NCBI GenBank assembly: GCA_001949185.1
Contig: BDGG01000001.1
Coordinates: forward strand, 1,982,478 to 2,046,477
DNA: 64,000 nucleotides
Source of the DNA: Ramazzottius varieornatus
Taxonomy: Eukaryota; Animalia; Tardigrada
Direction: 5' to 3'
Part shown: in pieces, positions 25,871-38,937 of the stretch
How positions within the stretch are numbered: the first letter of the stretch is position 1
Layout of the letters: each line of letters starts with the position of its first letter
Notes under the pieces: model-generated
Told to the model about the DNA's origin: nothing
Seen by the model: only the letters and a program-made list of their open reading frames with translations
The model's database searches: none
Translations under genes and position numbers: made by a program

Positions 25871-27033
25871 ATGTCATCCCATACGAACTCGCCTCGAGGA
25901 GGAGACTGGTCCGATCGGCTTTATCCATACGCCAATAAAGAACCGTTGTATCATTACGTGAAACCCGGTCAAGGGCTGACAGTTGCGGAACATAGCGTGA
26001 ATAAAGGAGCTCTTCAGGGAAGATGGACTTTTGTAGACAAAGTTCTACCTGGAGGAGGAGAAACAAGATACATCACGCATCCGCAGGTCGCCATCGGGAA
26101 CTGGTGGGAACGGATGGTCGCAGAAAAACCTGGCTTCATAAACTCAATGGTCAGATATATTATATTTCGCACGCTTTTTTACTGTAATTGTTTTTGAAGC
26201 AGACTTAAAACCTCTGACGTTCAGGAAGATGTGAAACGGCCCAAATATTAAAGACGTCAGGAAAAGATTTCGCCCGGGTCGTCGCTCGAAGTGGCACACT
26301 TTTTCGATACTTTTGACCGAGAGAACGCGCCACTTCGGAAAACGATCTGGGTGAATTTGGTTGCTGACGTCTTAAATGCTCGTACTTCCTGTTTGAGCGA
26401 ATTCACAGCGGAAACCTCACCCTGTTTCCGTAGGGTAGAAGGCTTCCGGACAACCTTACAAAGTGCAGTGAATATCGAGAAGAGATATCAGAGTACGCAA
26501 AGTACTTCAAAGACTACCCGGACGAAGAAATCCGGCCTCCGCCTTCGGATGCCACCATGAAGTTCGTTCCGATGGAAGTCAAACTGGACTACCGTAAAGG
26601 CGAGTCGCCGTTGACGTATTGGATGTCCGTGTATAACCGCGACTTTCACCGGCCACAGCCTTGCATTCCACCGCAGCAGTTTAGCTGGGCAGACGCTAAA
26701 AGACGAAAATGGATTGAAAAAACTTTGGATAACAACGTGGACTTTTGCACCGAGTACCAAAAGCATTACCATCGCATCATCTATGAAACCTTGGCCGAAC
26801 AGGCTCGACGTGCATCTTTGTGTCCGTACATCAAGGCGGAAGAACAACAAGCTTATGTTAAACGCCTAGAACGAGCCAGCGAAGACATTCCAAGGAGAAT
26901 CGAGCGGGATAGATGTCTGCAAGAAGAAATGGAGCATCAGAAAAATGCTTGTTTCATACGCAATGGCTTGTGTGATCCGCTTTGCCTCCCTCCTGCGACC
27001 GTCGATCCTTTCGAACAAAGATCATGTCTGTGA
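25871..27033 (+). CDS. Axonemal microtubule inner protein with GNW motif (CFAP107/CFAP68/CFAP95-like), 2 exons
   Basis: Exon 1 contains HPQVAIGNWWER (GNW motif); intron ~26150-26433; exon 2 contains TYWMSVYNRDF (Mn-like motif). Confidence 0.6.
26253..26371. repeat. Palindromic element in the GNW-protein intron
   Basis: gacgtcag...gaagtggcacac-N25-acgcgccacttc...ctgacgtc. Confidence 0.9.
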
Positions 27034-27919
27034 CACTTTCTCACTGATACATTGTTTTCTCAAGTTGTTGAGAAGCTGAGAGATCCGGACTACATGTTCA
27101 ACTTCCTCTTAAGTAACTTCCTAACTTACGTAATGTTCTTCTGCCGATGAGTTCCCCGCCGCATCTTCAAGTTCTGGTCTTCCGAATAACGTATAGAGCT
27201 TGTCCACTCAGATTTCAATGCCCGTTCCAGTATCCAGGAAGCTCAGCCTCCATTGGGATTTTGGATTAACCTTTAGACTATGAATCTGGAACTACACATG
27301 GTGCCATCTTCCGGCCGCTTTCCTTCGTTGTATAATCGAATAAGTCTACGTTCAAACTCCAATCGAACACACCGACAGGCCGCCAAAAAACTAGCTCGGT
27401 TCATCCTTCAACGGCCACGACCATTCGTTCGATTCTATTGTCGCAGAAAACAGCCAACAACAACAGAAAGAAAAGATTTGCGTTCGATCTTCCCCGAAAG
27501 ATAAGCTGGACAGCAAGACCAAGACCAAACACAATAGACATGGTCTACGCCCATGACCATGCGATAGACCGTATGACGTCATTCCATTTGAAAGAAGCCA
27601 GAAAGAAAACAGAAGCGCGTTCTCATTTTTTCCAATCCTCAAGCCAAGAAACTTCTTTCCATTGCTCCACCATTCCGAGAGCACCTTCTGAGTACAACGT
27701 TCGATTCTCACTTCCAGGAAAGCTGAGAAAACTTTTTCATCTTATCGACTTACTGGAAAAGGGAGAGGATCGGAAGGTTCAAGCTGGAAGAAGCGATGGC
27801 TTTGGCAAAAGCAGGTACGTCCAGCATTACGAAAATTCTGAATGTCAGCTGTTTCATATCGATGGGCCTGAGGAGAGAGATCCGGGATGGGTTAGTGACA
27901 GTTTAATCCTCTTTTAGAG

Positions 27920-29580
27920 ATGGATAAGAACGAGACGATTGGTACGGACCAGATTCAAGTGACTCTGAAAGCCGCTTCGACGGGAGCGTTGCTGACGATG
28001 AAGATCGTTTGGAAGATCGACTTCTTCTCCTTTCGCCAACACCTGACCGTTCCGATGGCCTCCCCAGCGATCAAGTGCAGTGATTTAGGTGTTTCGGAGA
28101 TTGATGGAGACTGGTGCTTGGTGCTCATCCCAAAGATTATGTCTAAAAGAGAGAACGAAGAGAAAGAACGAGAGTTCGTCTCGCTTCATCTGCGTCGCGA
28201 AACGAAAGGTGGCGATGTTCCAACTCGATTTTGGCTCCGGTAAGTCGCCTCAGCTCTCACCTCTTCCCTTAAGTGGCAGAAGCAAGACCATCAGTCTCGT
28301 CACGAATCGTGCTTTTTGCAGAATCATGGACGCGAAGAACAACTGTGTATATCGACGGGACTGCCTCAAGCCTGTCATTTTCGCTCCGAAATCCACAGGT
28401 AAATGCAGATGGTCTTTTGTTCTCTCGATCATGTTGCTGATAGAAAAACCGTGCTTGTTGTTGGTCGCCTAAACTACAGTGGATCTCTGATGACAGGATT
28501 GTTTTAAAGTTATGACAGAGCCAACGACTATTTTCTTTTCAGGAAGCGCTATGTGGGGATGGGATCGCTACATTTCGCACGAAGACCTGTTTCTTCCCAA
28601 GAACAACTACCTGACAGACGACTCATTGATCCTGGAAGCTCAAGTAAGATTTTGGGAATGGAAAAATAATCTACTTTCTTTCTCATAGCTTAGAAGGGAT
28701 AATTGGAAGCTCCGCAATCGAACTTGACCATATGGTTGTTCCCCAAGTGGCGCACTCTTCCAGCCAATATCGCAGCAAACGTGCGCCACTACAGGAACCA
28801 AGCTGATCGAATTTGCTGGTTGGCGAGCTCGCAGTTTTTCGACTTTAACTGATTTTCTACCGTGTATTGGTTGGAAATCCATATAGAATAAAGCTTTTCT
28901 TCATGTCACAGATTCAGTGCCTAGCCTCCACGAAGCTGGTGGAAGACACGATGATGCCGAATACCAACTCGCGCGAAGTGAACCTTCTGACCGAGCACAT
29001 GGGGCAGATGTACCGCGCCAAAGAGTTTACGGACTTTACGCTGGTGGCATGTGACGGTCGCGAGCTCAAGGCCCACCGTGCCGTGCTGGCAGCTCGTTCC
29101 GAAGTCTTCCGTTCCATGGTCACATACGACACCAAAGAGAGTGCCAACAGACGTTGTGAGATTGACGATACAGACGGCGAAACTCTCGATCACGTTCTCA
29201 GTTACATGTACGGTCTAGACTTGGAACAGCTCGCAGACACAGAGTCAGTCAAGAAGGTGCTGGTAGCTGCTGACAAGTACTGTCTGAAGGGGTTGGTCGA
29301 AGCTTGTGAGACGCTGTTGATTAGCAAGATCACGGCGGAGACTGCAGGAAACCTCCTGACCATGGCCGATCGCCATAATGCAGCCAGTCTCAAAGTAGCC
29401 TGTTTCAAGTTCATTCTAAGCCACATGTCCGAAGTCACCAACTGTGGAGGCATGACAGAGATCGCCAAGTATGAGAATGGAAACAAGAATGGCCTGATGA
29501 ACGAGATGATGCTGCGTGTAGGGCATCTCGGTCGTCCACAAGGATACAACAAAGACACTCCCTCAAAGATGAAGTATTAG
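27920..29580 (+). CDS. MATH-BTB (SPOP/roadkill-like) protein; additional upstream exons possible from ~27539
   Basis: MATH segments (IVWKIDFFS, DWCLVLIP, EFVSLHL, WGWDRYISHEDL) are followed by a BTB domain (FTDFTLVACDGRELKAHRAVLAARSEVF) and BACK-like helices (LVAADKYCLKGLVEACE). Confidence 0.9.
28710..28828. repeat. Palindromic element in MATH-BTB intron
   Basis: caagtggcgcac-N25 (contains cagccaat)-gtgcgccact. Confidence 0.9.
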
Positions 29581-30949
29581 CTGTGATGGTTCTTCGCTGT
29601 ACCAAAACCGTTTGAATGGGCTTCTGGGTGTTCAAGCCTTTCTTTCTTTCTCTCCAGCTAGTATTATGATGTGCAGAGTTCTCAGGAAGCAAAGATAATT
29701 TTTTTGAAGATCTAGAGTTTGATCGTCAGTTTCCTCTTTGTACTTATGCTCGTTGAAATTTTCTTGTGCAGTCTGTAGGTCCTGGCTTTAGGATGGCCAT
29801 TTGTCTCTGTATTACTTGTTCTACCTCTCCATAAAGTTCTGGAATAAGCTACTTTCAATAATGAACCCGGACAGGGCGCAGCTGGTAACGAGGTCAACAG
29901 GGCAGAGCAGGCTTTAAGGTGGTGCAGGTTAGGTAACTTCCCCGACCGGAAACACCTTCCCGTCACTTTTGGACTTGAAAGGACCGCAATTTTAGAAGGA
30001 GGAGAACGGCCTCCAAACGTAAGGAAGTCAGGGGGAAAGTGGAAGACCTGATGGAAAAAACCTGCCAAGAGGCGTTTCCCATGATGTAATGCTGGTGCTT
30101 TGTAGGGCCTAATGTTCGTAGGCTCGCTGACGTCATGGACCGTTTTGGCGTCGGCTGCGTTACGTCACCGTGCCTGTCGTCAGCTTTGACGCAGCAGACA
30201 CCAAAACGGTCGTAGTCATCGCCGAAAGCTTATTGCCTACCCTCATAGCGGACTCCACGGGACAGATCAGCTTTTGGTCTGGACTTTGGTCATTTCGACT
30301 GGAATACTGAGAGTTGCAACTTGCAGGTTGCAGGCCGACTTCCGTACCAGCCCTGGGGAGCCACCTACATGTTTATACTGTTAATCTGATAATAACAATA
30401 ATCGATTCTGACCTCATCGCCACCAAGCAACAAGCGTTCATTTCTTCCATGCGTTGTGGGCGCTGACTCAGCGATGGCATCAGCATCTGCCAGCCAGTGA
30501 TATGGCCTGTTTACGCTCCAAACGGACTTTTCCAACTCATCAGACAATCAAGTAGCTATAACGAACCCTGGACTGACAACGTGCCATACAGTGCAAACTG
30601 GCAGACCTTCTTTCTTGCACAAGCCGCGCACGCGGCACGCTCCTCGCCAGCGGAAAAACCACTTTAGCCAGCAGGTTTGAGACAAGTTCAAGTTTAGCGC
30701 TGATTCGGCACAATCACAGTCAATATCGTGGAAACTTCCTTGTTGACCAAAGTCAGGATCGATTACGAGTGCATTGCCTCACTGGGTCTTCATTTTGCGG
30801 TACTCGGAGGGGCTTCTGCCTCTATCAAGATTATTGACAGTAATTGAACAGCTGCAGTCTCGACCAAGGGAAAATTCGTAAGGAAAAAACTGAGATGCAA
30901 AAACAGAAACAGGAGAACCAAAAGGGAAATTCTACAAGCCGAGCGTTTG

Positions 30950-32975
30950 TCAACGAGAAGCTTCCTCGTCCATGACCGTCTCCATTTCGCTGAACAGCTG
31001 GCAACTCCACTGGTCCAACTTTGGATCGGTGGGCAACAAGGAGATTTCCCCAGCCAGCTGCGGATCCACTTCTTCCGAGTTGGCATCCTCGTCCAGTGAG
31101 ACGACATGGTGGAAGTTGTCCAACGTGTTAGGACTGACGGCGACGACGTCGGCCAGCACAGCGTTGAATTCGTCGTGGGTCAGCGGCCAGTCTTCCACCT
31201 CCATGTCCAGCAGGTCCGAAGGGAAGAAGGAGTCAGCCACGGGTCCAGGTGTGGTGGGTGGAGTGACCATGAAGCTGCCTCCGGCCGAATGGTCCATCCA
31301 TGTCAGCGCGCCTTCTTCCGTCTCCTTTTCAACGGCCGTGTCCGCCCACTCACTGCATGGCTCGCCAAATTCCAGCCATGCCTCATGCAGCCTTTTGAAG
31401 AGGCGGACGGCTTTTGAATTCTTCTCCATGTAAGCTTGGAAAAAGTCTTCGAGGGAATGGGCTTGCCGAGTGGCCACATCCAGAATTGTCTGAGTTTGTC
31501 GACGTTTGGCAGGTCGCTTTTTGGCGCCGAACGATTGCTGGGAAAACAACAACACAAGAATCAGATCGATTGTTCGAACCGATTGGCAAATTACCGCGAA
31601 ATACTGTCATAAATTCCGTCGCAGTGACTTCACAAAAAGCAGCAGCAATGAGTCGAGCCGGTTTGCGTCACCAGCGTGTTTTCAGTGGTGGCTGTCCGAC
31701 AAACAACCGCCATTCGAACATGCGTCATATTGCTCCACATGACTCAATTAGATAACGACGCGACAGATGGCAAGCCGAAGGGGACGGTCAACAATCATAC
31801 GCACGTTCTAGTTAATGCTACGAAAACGACCCTTTGGGTCACCATGCTACCGAACGCTGGCCCAGTGTACAGCCGTCGGACTGTCCAGGCGGAGCTTTCG
31901 AGTTCGACTCCGTTCAAATCCCTTTTTGCTTACCTTCTGATGTCGGAAGCAGGCATTTCCTTTCTTTTGATAATAGAATGCAAAGTTTTCTGGAAGTTTC
32001 GTCGGAGTACTTTGGTCTTTACACAAAGTGCACGGGGAGAAGAACATTTGGCGATCCTCATCGTAGATGGAGGCGTGTCTAGCACAATATGGGGAAACGA
32101 TGCAGCTGGCCTCGAAGCAGCGTCCCTCCCAAGCGTCATCCGATGGACACTGACAAAGTTCCACGTTGCCCGCCAGTCTGTAAAAGACAGAATAACATTA
32201 GTTTTGATATCGTTTCTCTGTCAGGGACCGATCGTTCGACATGTTTGTGGCTTATCAAAGTCAGCAGTTGCGTGCGTTATCAGCTTTATCCTTATGCAGA
32301 CCGCTAAATGCGAAAAACCTATGAACCGCTGGGCTTAATGACATCCGGTATACATATAGGCGCGACTGTACATACAGGGTCCATGATTAAGAGAATGTCA
32401 TGTCTGGTGGTGTGAACGGAAGACTGGGTTCTTGGTATGTATGAGCATGTCGCAATCACTTTCCCACCTTGCGCCACACCCACGTGCAGAAGGGATTGCG
32501 AAAGACACGTCAACAAAAACACTACCGCCGGATGCATGACAACATCCGCTGAAGAGTTGGCGGTTTTTGCCCAACTTGTGTTGCAAACAAAGAAATAATA
32601 ATTATGTGGAAAGAATTTTCCTGCGGGAACATCTTCCCATGTGAAGGAACGCAGCCGTCGACTGAACCGAAGACATTTGTTGAAACGACCGGAAATATTA
32701 ATTTTTTTTTGTAGCGATTATGTTTGAATATTGTTGGCAGAATACTGATCGCGAAAAGGTATCAAAACACATGACTAACTTACCGTTCTGCTTCGATTCT
32801 CTCCATAAGATGGGCGTAATTGACCAGCGTTGTTTCATTGTCGATGATGCGTAATTTTTCCAGGGCGTATTTCTGATGACGAATATATTCCAAAAATTTC
32901 AGCCATGCCGACTCCACCTTGGGATCCACCAGGGCCGGTAATTGTTCCATAACGCCCATTAAAACCAATTTGTAG
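30950..32975 (-). CDS. zf-C3Hc3H-domain protein (INO80D/KANSL2-like); 5' exons unresolved
   Basis: Exon 31934-32177 encodes C-x-C...RCFEASCIVSPYCARH...DEDRQMFFSPCTLC...ACFRH, the C3H-c3H pattern. It splices in phase to the terminal exon 30950-31537 (NLS-like KKRPAKRR plus an acidic tail). Confidence 0.55.
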
Positions 32976-34812
32976 CACTAGATTGACAAGGATTTCCCTT
33001 TGTAACAGTGTACCGAACAAGATAGAAATGATATTGACTTCCGGTTTGATAATTCGACAAAGAAAGGAAAGTATGATCAAGAGCCCTTCACACAGCGAAG
33101 AATCACGGATTCACGTTTGACGGTTAGAGCAGGAAAAGAGGATTATGACCGGCTCTCTAGACAACGTATGAGTGGGGTAAAAATAGGGTCTCGTGCCTGG
33201 TGGTGGCTGCGTAGTTACGTAGTGGACCGTAGGTGCAGATACGTACGTGCAGCTGCCCAGTAGTACGGTTGTACGCTTGGCTTGACGCCAGGCTAACATA
33301 AGCGTCATGAGTTCGTCAGGCGGAGACTGGTGGGAAAATACCAATGGCAACGGCGAGCCCGCTTTGGCTTCAGCCACCTGCGAACCCGCATCACCCGGCA
33401 CCGGCACACTTCCCCTATAATCACGTCGAGTCTTCGTGAACGGAAGCTCACAATCGCGATGGATGCACGACAGTGTGTCTCACTTTTTTTACAGAATTGA
33501 AATTTGCAAGAAAGCAAAATATAATTTTCCAGTTTAATTATAAGCCCAAATTGCCGCATGATCTTGTGTGAGAACAATTTTCGACTTTGTACCAGCTCGT
33601 TCGCTTGGGCACGTTTCCGGGTTTGGTTACTTTGGTATCACGTCAGAGAAGTGTTCGCGGTGGCCCAGGTGGGCTAATTATAGCATTTAATTTTCAAAAG
33701 CGACCTCTGAGCTCACTGCACTTTTTTCTTCCAACGTTCCGCCAACGCACCGTGGACAACAATACAGACATTTGCTCAATATGAGAGTGACGAACTCGCT
33801 GAGCGAAAAACTGGTTTCGTCCAGGAACGTTTGCCAAGTTGTTGCTGATTTTTTTGTCTCGTCGGCAATCAGAAAGTACGTTTCGTGATGGCTCCAACTT
33901 CCAAGAAAGAGCACTGACCTCTTTTCAAAAGGCTGACTGAACCTGCAGAACGCAGTATGAAGGACAGTTTATTCTACCTGGACCACATGCGCAACTGGTG
34001 AGACAAGAACCTACGTACTGACAGCAAAGACCCCACGTCGTACTAACCCGCAATTCCTCATCGGTAGCTCATCGTTACTTCCAGAAACTTCCATCTCTGA
34101 TTCTTCTATGTGTGGAAGGGTGGGGTTGAACTTGGCTAACAAGATGAACCGAGGTCGTCTGGATGATAAGTCGGGGACTGTCGACCGAAACCCGAGGGTG
34201 CGGTCGGTGCGGGAGAACTCGATTACACTTACGTATCCGGATCCACGTGTACCAATGGGCGCAGTGGGCGCCTTCAGTATGCACATTGCACCAGTCCGCG
34301 ATGACGTCACCACCATTCAAGTGATGTCATGCGTCGAGTGAGGGAGCTGCTGCAGCCGGAAACGGCGCGGCAACCAGTTTTAAATCTATCGATCCAACGT
34401 TTACCATGAGACGACATCGCTTTCCTTAAACGGCTTGTGTACTTTGCTATTCTCGTCCAGCAGACACGTGAGGATGGATAACAGTGGGTAGTTTGTACGA
34501 CCGGAGAGGCCGGAGGCGAGAGCTTCTGCGCTTGGAACGAAGTGGAAAACGTATCTGGTAGGCAGTAGGGCCATTCACGCGTGATGTTTCTGATGAACGC
34601 TGCATGCTGACCTGCTCATTTAGCATCCTTCATTTTTTTCGTGTTTGCAGGAAGAGAACTATACATTTTGGGGATGTTTGCCAGGGGAAGCGACTCTGGA
34701 AACATTGATGGTTGCATTGCCACTGGGCAACTGCATTCTTGTTCGTTCGCACTCCCGGACAATTGCTGTTACTGCCACCTTCAGCACTTTGCCTGGATAC
34801 ACACTGCTGGAT

Positions 34813-36019
34813 ATGCACGCAGCTCGACAGAGAAATATAAAGCCTGGTAGCCCATCACAAGACCGTAAAGTTGCTGGGAATGGATCCGAACAGTTCTTCG
34901 TGGCTGGATGGCAGTCATGGCACAGGTATGTTGAATTGTTGATCCTCAGTTGTGTAGCCATGGGTGACCTCAGTTTTTATGCGAGATGTGCAGCTTGGTT
35001 TTCATGCTACAGTATAACATACAGGACGTGACGTCGTGCGTTGGTTTATGAGTTCATCGTTCAACCCGGTCAGCAAGTTTTCCAGTCACGCCATCTTTTC
35101 TTCACGCCGTTGATAATTCTCCCCGCTTCCTCAGATCAGCTTGCGGCTATTTAGCACGCGTTCCTTTTGTTATTTTTCAGGTACAAGAATCGTCGGGCAT
35201 GCCCAGGGGAAGCTTACGAACCGACGGAAGTAGAGCACGTTGCTAACATCTTCACGCACGCGGTACGCGGTACATATTCTCCGGTTAGATGATTTCGCAA
35301 TCGAATACTGTAGTTTTGTGGTTGTATTTCTGCAGATAAGCATTGTTCCCGCGCTTTGTGGAACCGCTTATTTGGTTTCCTTATCACGCTCCTCCGCGCA
35401 AACGCTCGCCGCGATAGTCTACGGACTTTCGCTGGTGGCTTTGTTCGGCATGTCGACGGCGTTCCACTGTTCGTGCTACTACGCTTGTGAAAGCAAAACG
35501 AAGTTCAGGCTACATATCTGCGACCGAGCCACCATTTTCATATTTATAGGTTGCTCCTACACACCTTGGTGCGCCAATAAACACGACAAACTTTTAGCTT
35601 TTCTTAATTTATTAGTCGAATAATGGCTGATTTTCTCTCTCGACAGGCTGCTGCTGCGTGAAACGGAGCCGGTCTACGCTGGCTTCCTCACACTGACGGT
35701 TTTATGGCTGATGGTTGCTGGTGGCATTCTCTACCAGCTGAAGTATCATGAAAAGAACAAGCACCTGGAAACGTTGATCTACCTCTTCATAGGTCTCACA
35801 CCAGCAGCAGCTATCATTCCGTCCATGCTTGACCATCGAAGCTTGTGGAACCTCGCTCAAGGTGGCGCGGTCTACGTGGTCGGTTTGGTATTCTTCAAGT
35901 GCGACGGTATAGTTCCTTTTGCACATGCCATCTGGCACCTCTTCGTGGTGCTGGGTGCCTCCATACAGTACTTCGCAGTGGTACATCACCTTTATCCCAG
36001 CGAGGCATCTACATCGTGA
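34813..36019 (+). CDS. MMD: Monocyte-to-macrophage differentiation factor / PAQR (hemolysin III family) membrane protein
   Basis: YEPTEVEHVANIFTH, STAFH, DRATIFIFIGCSYTPW and FFKCDGIVPFAHAIWHLFVVLGA are MMD/MMD2 signatures. Start codon uncertain. Confidence 0.88.
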
Positions 36020-36738
36020 TGATACATCCAGCGAAACTTCCATGTTCCGGTTTTAGAGATTTCCTTCTTCTTTTATTCTGTGTAAAGATAAGCGCAGCCC
36101 TAGGCGCGAATAGGTTTCCGGTGTAGTTATTCCTCTTCACCTTGCTTGCACTAGTTCGGTTATTCGTGATGCATTTACCTCGGTGATCTGTAATCTAGTT
36201 CCTACTTCCTAGCTTGTCTCTTGCCACTGGCAGCTTCCAGACCTGAAATCCATTTATTTACTGTATTTGTTTCCTTGAAAGCATGAGTATTGTTGCGTTT
36301 CGAAGCTTCGGCTAGTCTTGTCCTGCAAACGAAATTGCGTCATAGTACTAATAAACTCCTGATGCTGCTCCCTGTTCCTCGGATACTCAAGCCAGATGAA
36401 TCTGGCAACAGCGCGTACGGTGTCAACGTCCCAGATTTCATTCGAATCTCGTTGCTTTCTGGCCCGTTCTTCGAGTGCCTCGTTGCTGGAAGATCTAGGT
36501 GGAAGCTAGACTCAAGAACCCTTGGGAATTGTGTGCCAAAGAATCACACGGAACTTCCTCGCCCCTCGAGAGGAGCGTGTGGTCTCACCTGGGTTCCCAT
36601 AGCAGCTGTCGCACGGGAAGGCTCACCTGGGGAGCGTCACAGGCCATTTTTTTGGATTGTTCGAAGTATCTCCGAACCATCCTGACTTGACGCCCACAAA
36701 TGGTACTCCGCCATCTTTCGTAACGAATATTTGTGGCC

Positions 36739-38594
36739 ATGCCCTGGGACAGGAAGTCCAGACCACATACACCTTTGGAGCGGCCACGTTGTCATACCGC
36801 GCCACCTTGCTGCTCTTCGCCTTCCGTTGATAATTTCGACTATTGTATTGAGCCCAACAGTCCCCTTGAAGGCATTGGTGGAAATTACGGCGAAGATTCT
36901 GAGCCTGGAAGCCTGCGCGGTGGACAAACCATTTCGAAAAACCTGGTGAAAGCCTCAAGTTTATTTCAATCTTTTCCGGGGAGGAAACCCAAAACGAAAA
37001 AGACCGCGCGATCACGAAGAACCCCAGATACGGTTGACATACCCAGCCGAATTTTTGTCGGCGGCTTAACACCCGAGGTACCACAGTTCAAGCAATCAAC
37101 GCCTTGTTGATTTTACTTTTCGTTTTGATTGAACTGGGTTGTTTCGACTTCCGGTTGCGAGTCCGAAAATTCTTCCAGTTCTATTTTAGCCCATCATTCC
37201 AGCTCTCCCACACGTTGAACGAGTAACAGTATGCTCCTTTTCAGATCAATGAGGACGACCTTCGAGACCTTTTCAGACGTTTTGGTGAGATTCTCAGCGT
37301 CTACATCAAGAACAGGGGAAGCGAGAGACATCGCGGGTGAGTTCACGTTTGGAATTTCTCCCGTTAGCGATGTTGACCCTCATGATGACCATCCGTCCCT
37401 TTCGATGTGGCTTTTAGATTTGCCTTTGTCACGTTCAAGAGGAGAACTGATGCGGATGGTGTTGTTGAGGAGGTTAGTTAAGGGAAGTGTGTACTGATGT
37501 GGACTTCCGGTCGATATTATCCTGTTGTCCCTTTTCTCGTCCTAGGCCATCGCAAGAAGATCGTTCGACATCAAGGACACCGTGCTAAAAGTACTTCCGG
37601 CCTTCAGACATCTAAAGCAGTACGACAGTATGAATTTGCTTGATTTTGTTGCCTACCGTGCACGCCAATATTCGTTGCTGCTTACCGTAACAGGTCTTTT
37701 CTCTCTGGTACTCCAGCGCCTTCTGCAAGCGATGTTCATCTTCTTCCTCCAAGTGGAGCTGCTTCACCGACACTTCGGAGATCCGGACATGGCGATCGTA
37801 CCTCCTATCCCTTGCCTTCCAGCATGTCGCCAGGACTACTACGGCAACCTCCCGTTCAGCCCGTACCTGTTTTCCCAGGAGCCTTCATACCCCTTCCATA
37901 TCCTGGCGTCGTACCTTACTTCCCTTACTTTGACGGTTACGTGGTAAGTCATGTCTTGCTTCGCTCCTCTGATACTTGTAAGCTATTCTGCGAACTTGTG
38001 TTTGACTTTTATTGCGTTTTAGCCTCCTGGGTTTATCTCGCAGTTTGGCGGGCTTAACATTGTCCCGAATAGATTCTACAACCCCGGGTTTGGACCTCCG
38101 CTGAACTTTCCCGCTTACCAGGTACTGTACGAACACGTAAATCCTTCGTGAGTTCACAACAGCTGGGAAACCGGCCAACAGGACGTACAGGATCGTTGAC
38201 GCATGTGGCACGCTTTTTCATTTTACTGGCTGGAGGCGTGTGCCACTTAGGATAGCATCTTTTGCGTTTCGTTTTCCGACCTCCCGGTCACTACTGGAGG
38301 TTAGCGGGACGGGCGTATTGATTGATAAGTTTTTGTGCTTTACAGAGGCGATCGGAACGAGCTTCCTACGCCTCCGCGGACCATCGAGGATCCGGTGGGG
38401 ACTTCCAGCAGCCTTCGTCGCACTTCGCCTGTCCCAACTGCAGTGAAAAACGGCCAGCTTCCGTTGCCACTAGTGTCAACAGCGACCTCGCCTGTTGCGC
38501 TTCTTGTTCTGGTTGCGATGTCTCCAGACCGAACCGGACGGAGACCTCAAGAAGAAAGCATGGCTCGGTAAGTGTGGCTACGGGCATAACGTAA
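36739..38594 (+). CDS. Single-RRM RNA-binding protein, boule/DAZ-like
   Basis: Spliced RRM TVDIPSRIFVGGLTPE|INEDDLRDLFRRFGEI...RG|FAFVTFK...DIKDTVLKVLPAFR followed by a Pro/Tyr-rich region; resembles boule (IPNRIFVGG...LNIGPAIR). 3' end uncertain. Confidence 0.6.
38171..38280. repeat. Palindromic element in boule-like intron 38122-38345
   Basis: gtacaggatcgtt...gtggcacgc-N24-gtgtgccactt...gcgtttcgttttccg. Confidence 0.8.
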
Positions 38595-38937
38595 TTTCCG
38601 CAAGCAAGCCGGGATGGTGAGCTGAGCACCAGGGAAAAGTCTGGTCCGTAGAAGCCCTTCGAGGGAGATTGTAGTACGTCAACGGGGGCTCTTTTCTAGA
38701 CGGGTTGTGGTGCGTCCGATCCATGTCGCAAATCAGCCACCCAAACTCCCTTTGATGATTTAGGAGTAGATGTGTCTGCTTTGTCACCTAGAAGCTGCCA
38801 GCTTTATCCAAGTTGACTCCGTTTGCTGCCTGCTCGTCTCATTGTGACTTTTTCGTCTATGTTGTGGTTGCGTGAAAGCGGTTTTTTTCCTGTGATTTTT
38901 ACTAGAGCGTTTTTTTTGTTTTTCCTGCAATGGCTCG

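Noticed and set aside
31676-32338. 220-aa plus-strand ORF
   Set aside because: Antisense to the zinc-finger exon, with no domain or splice support.
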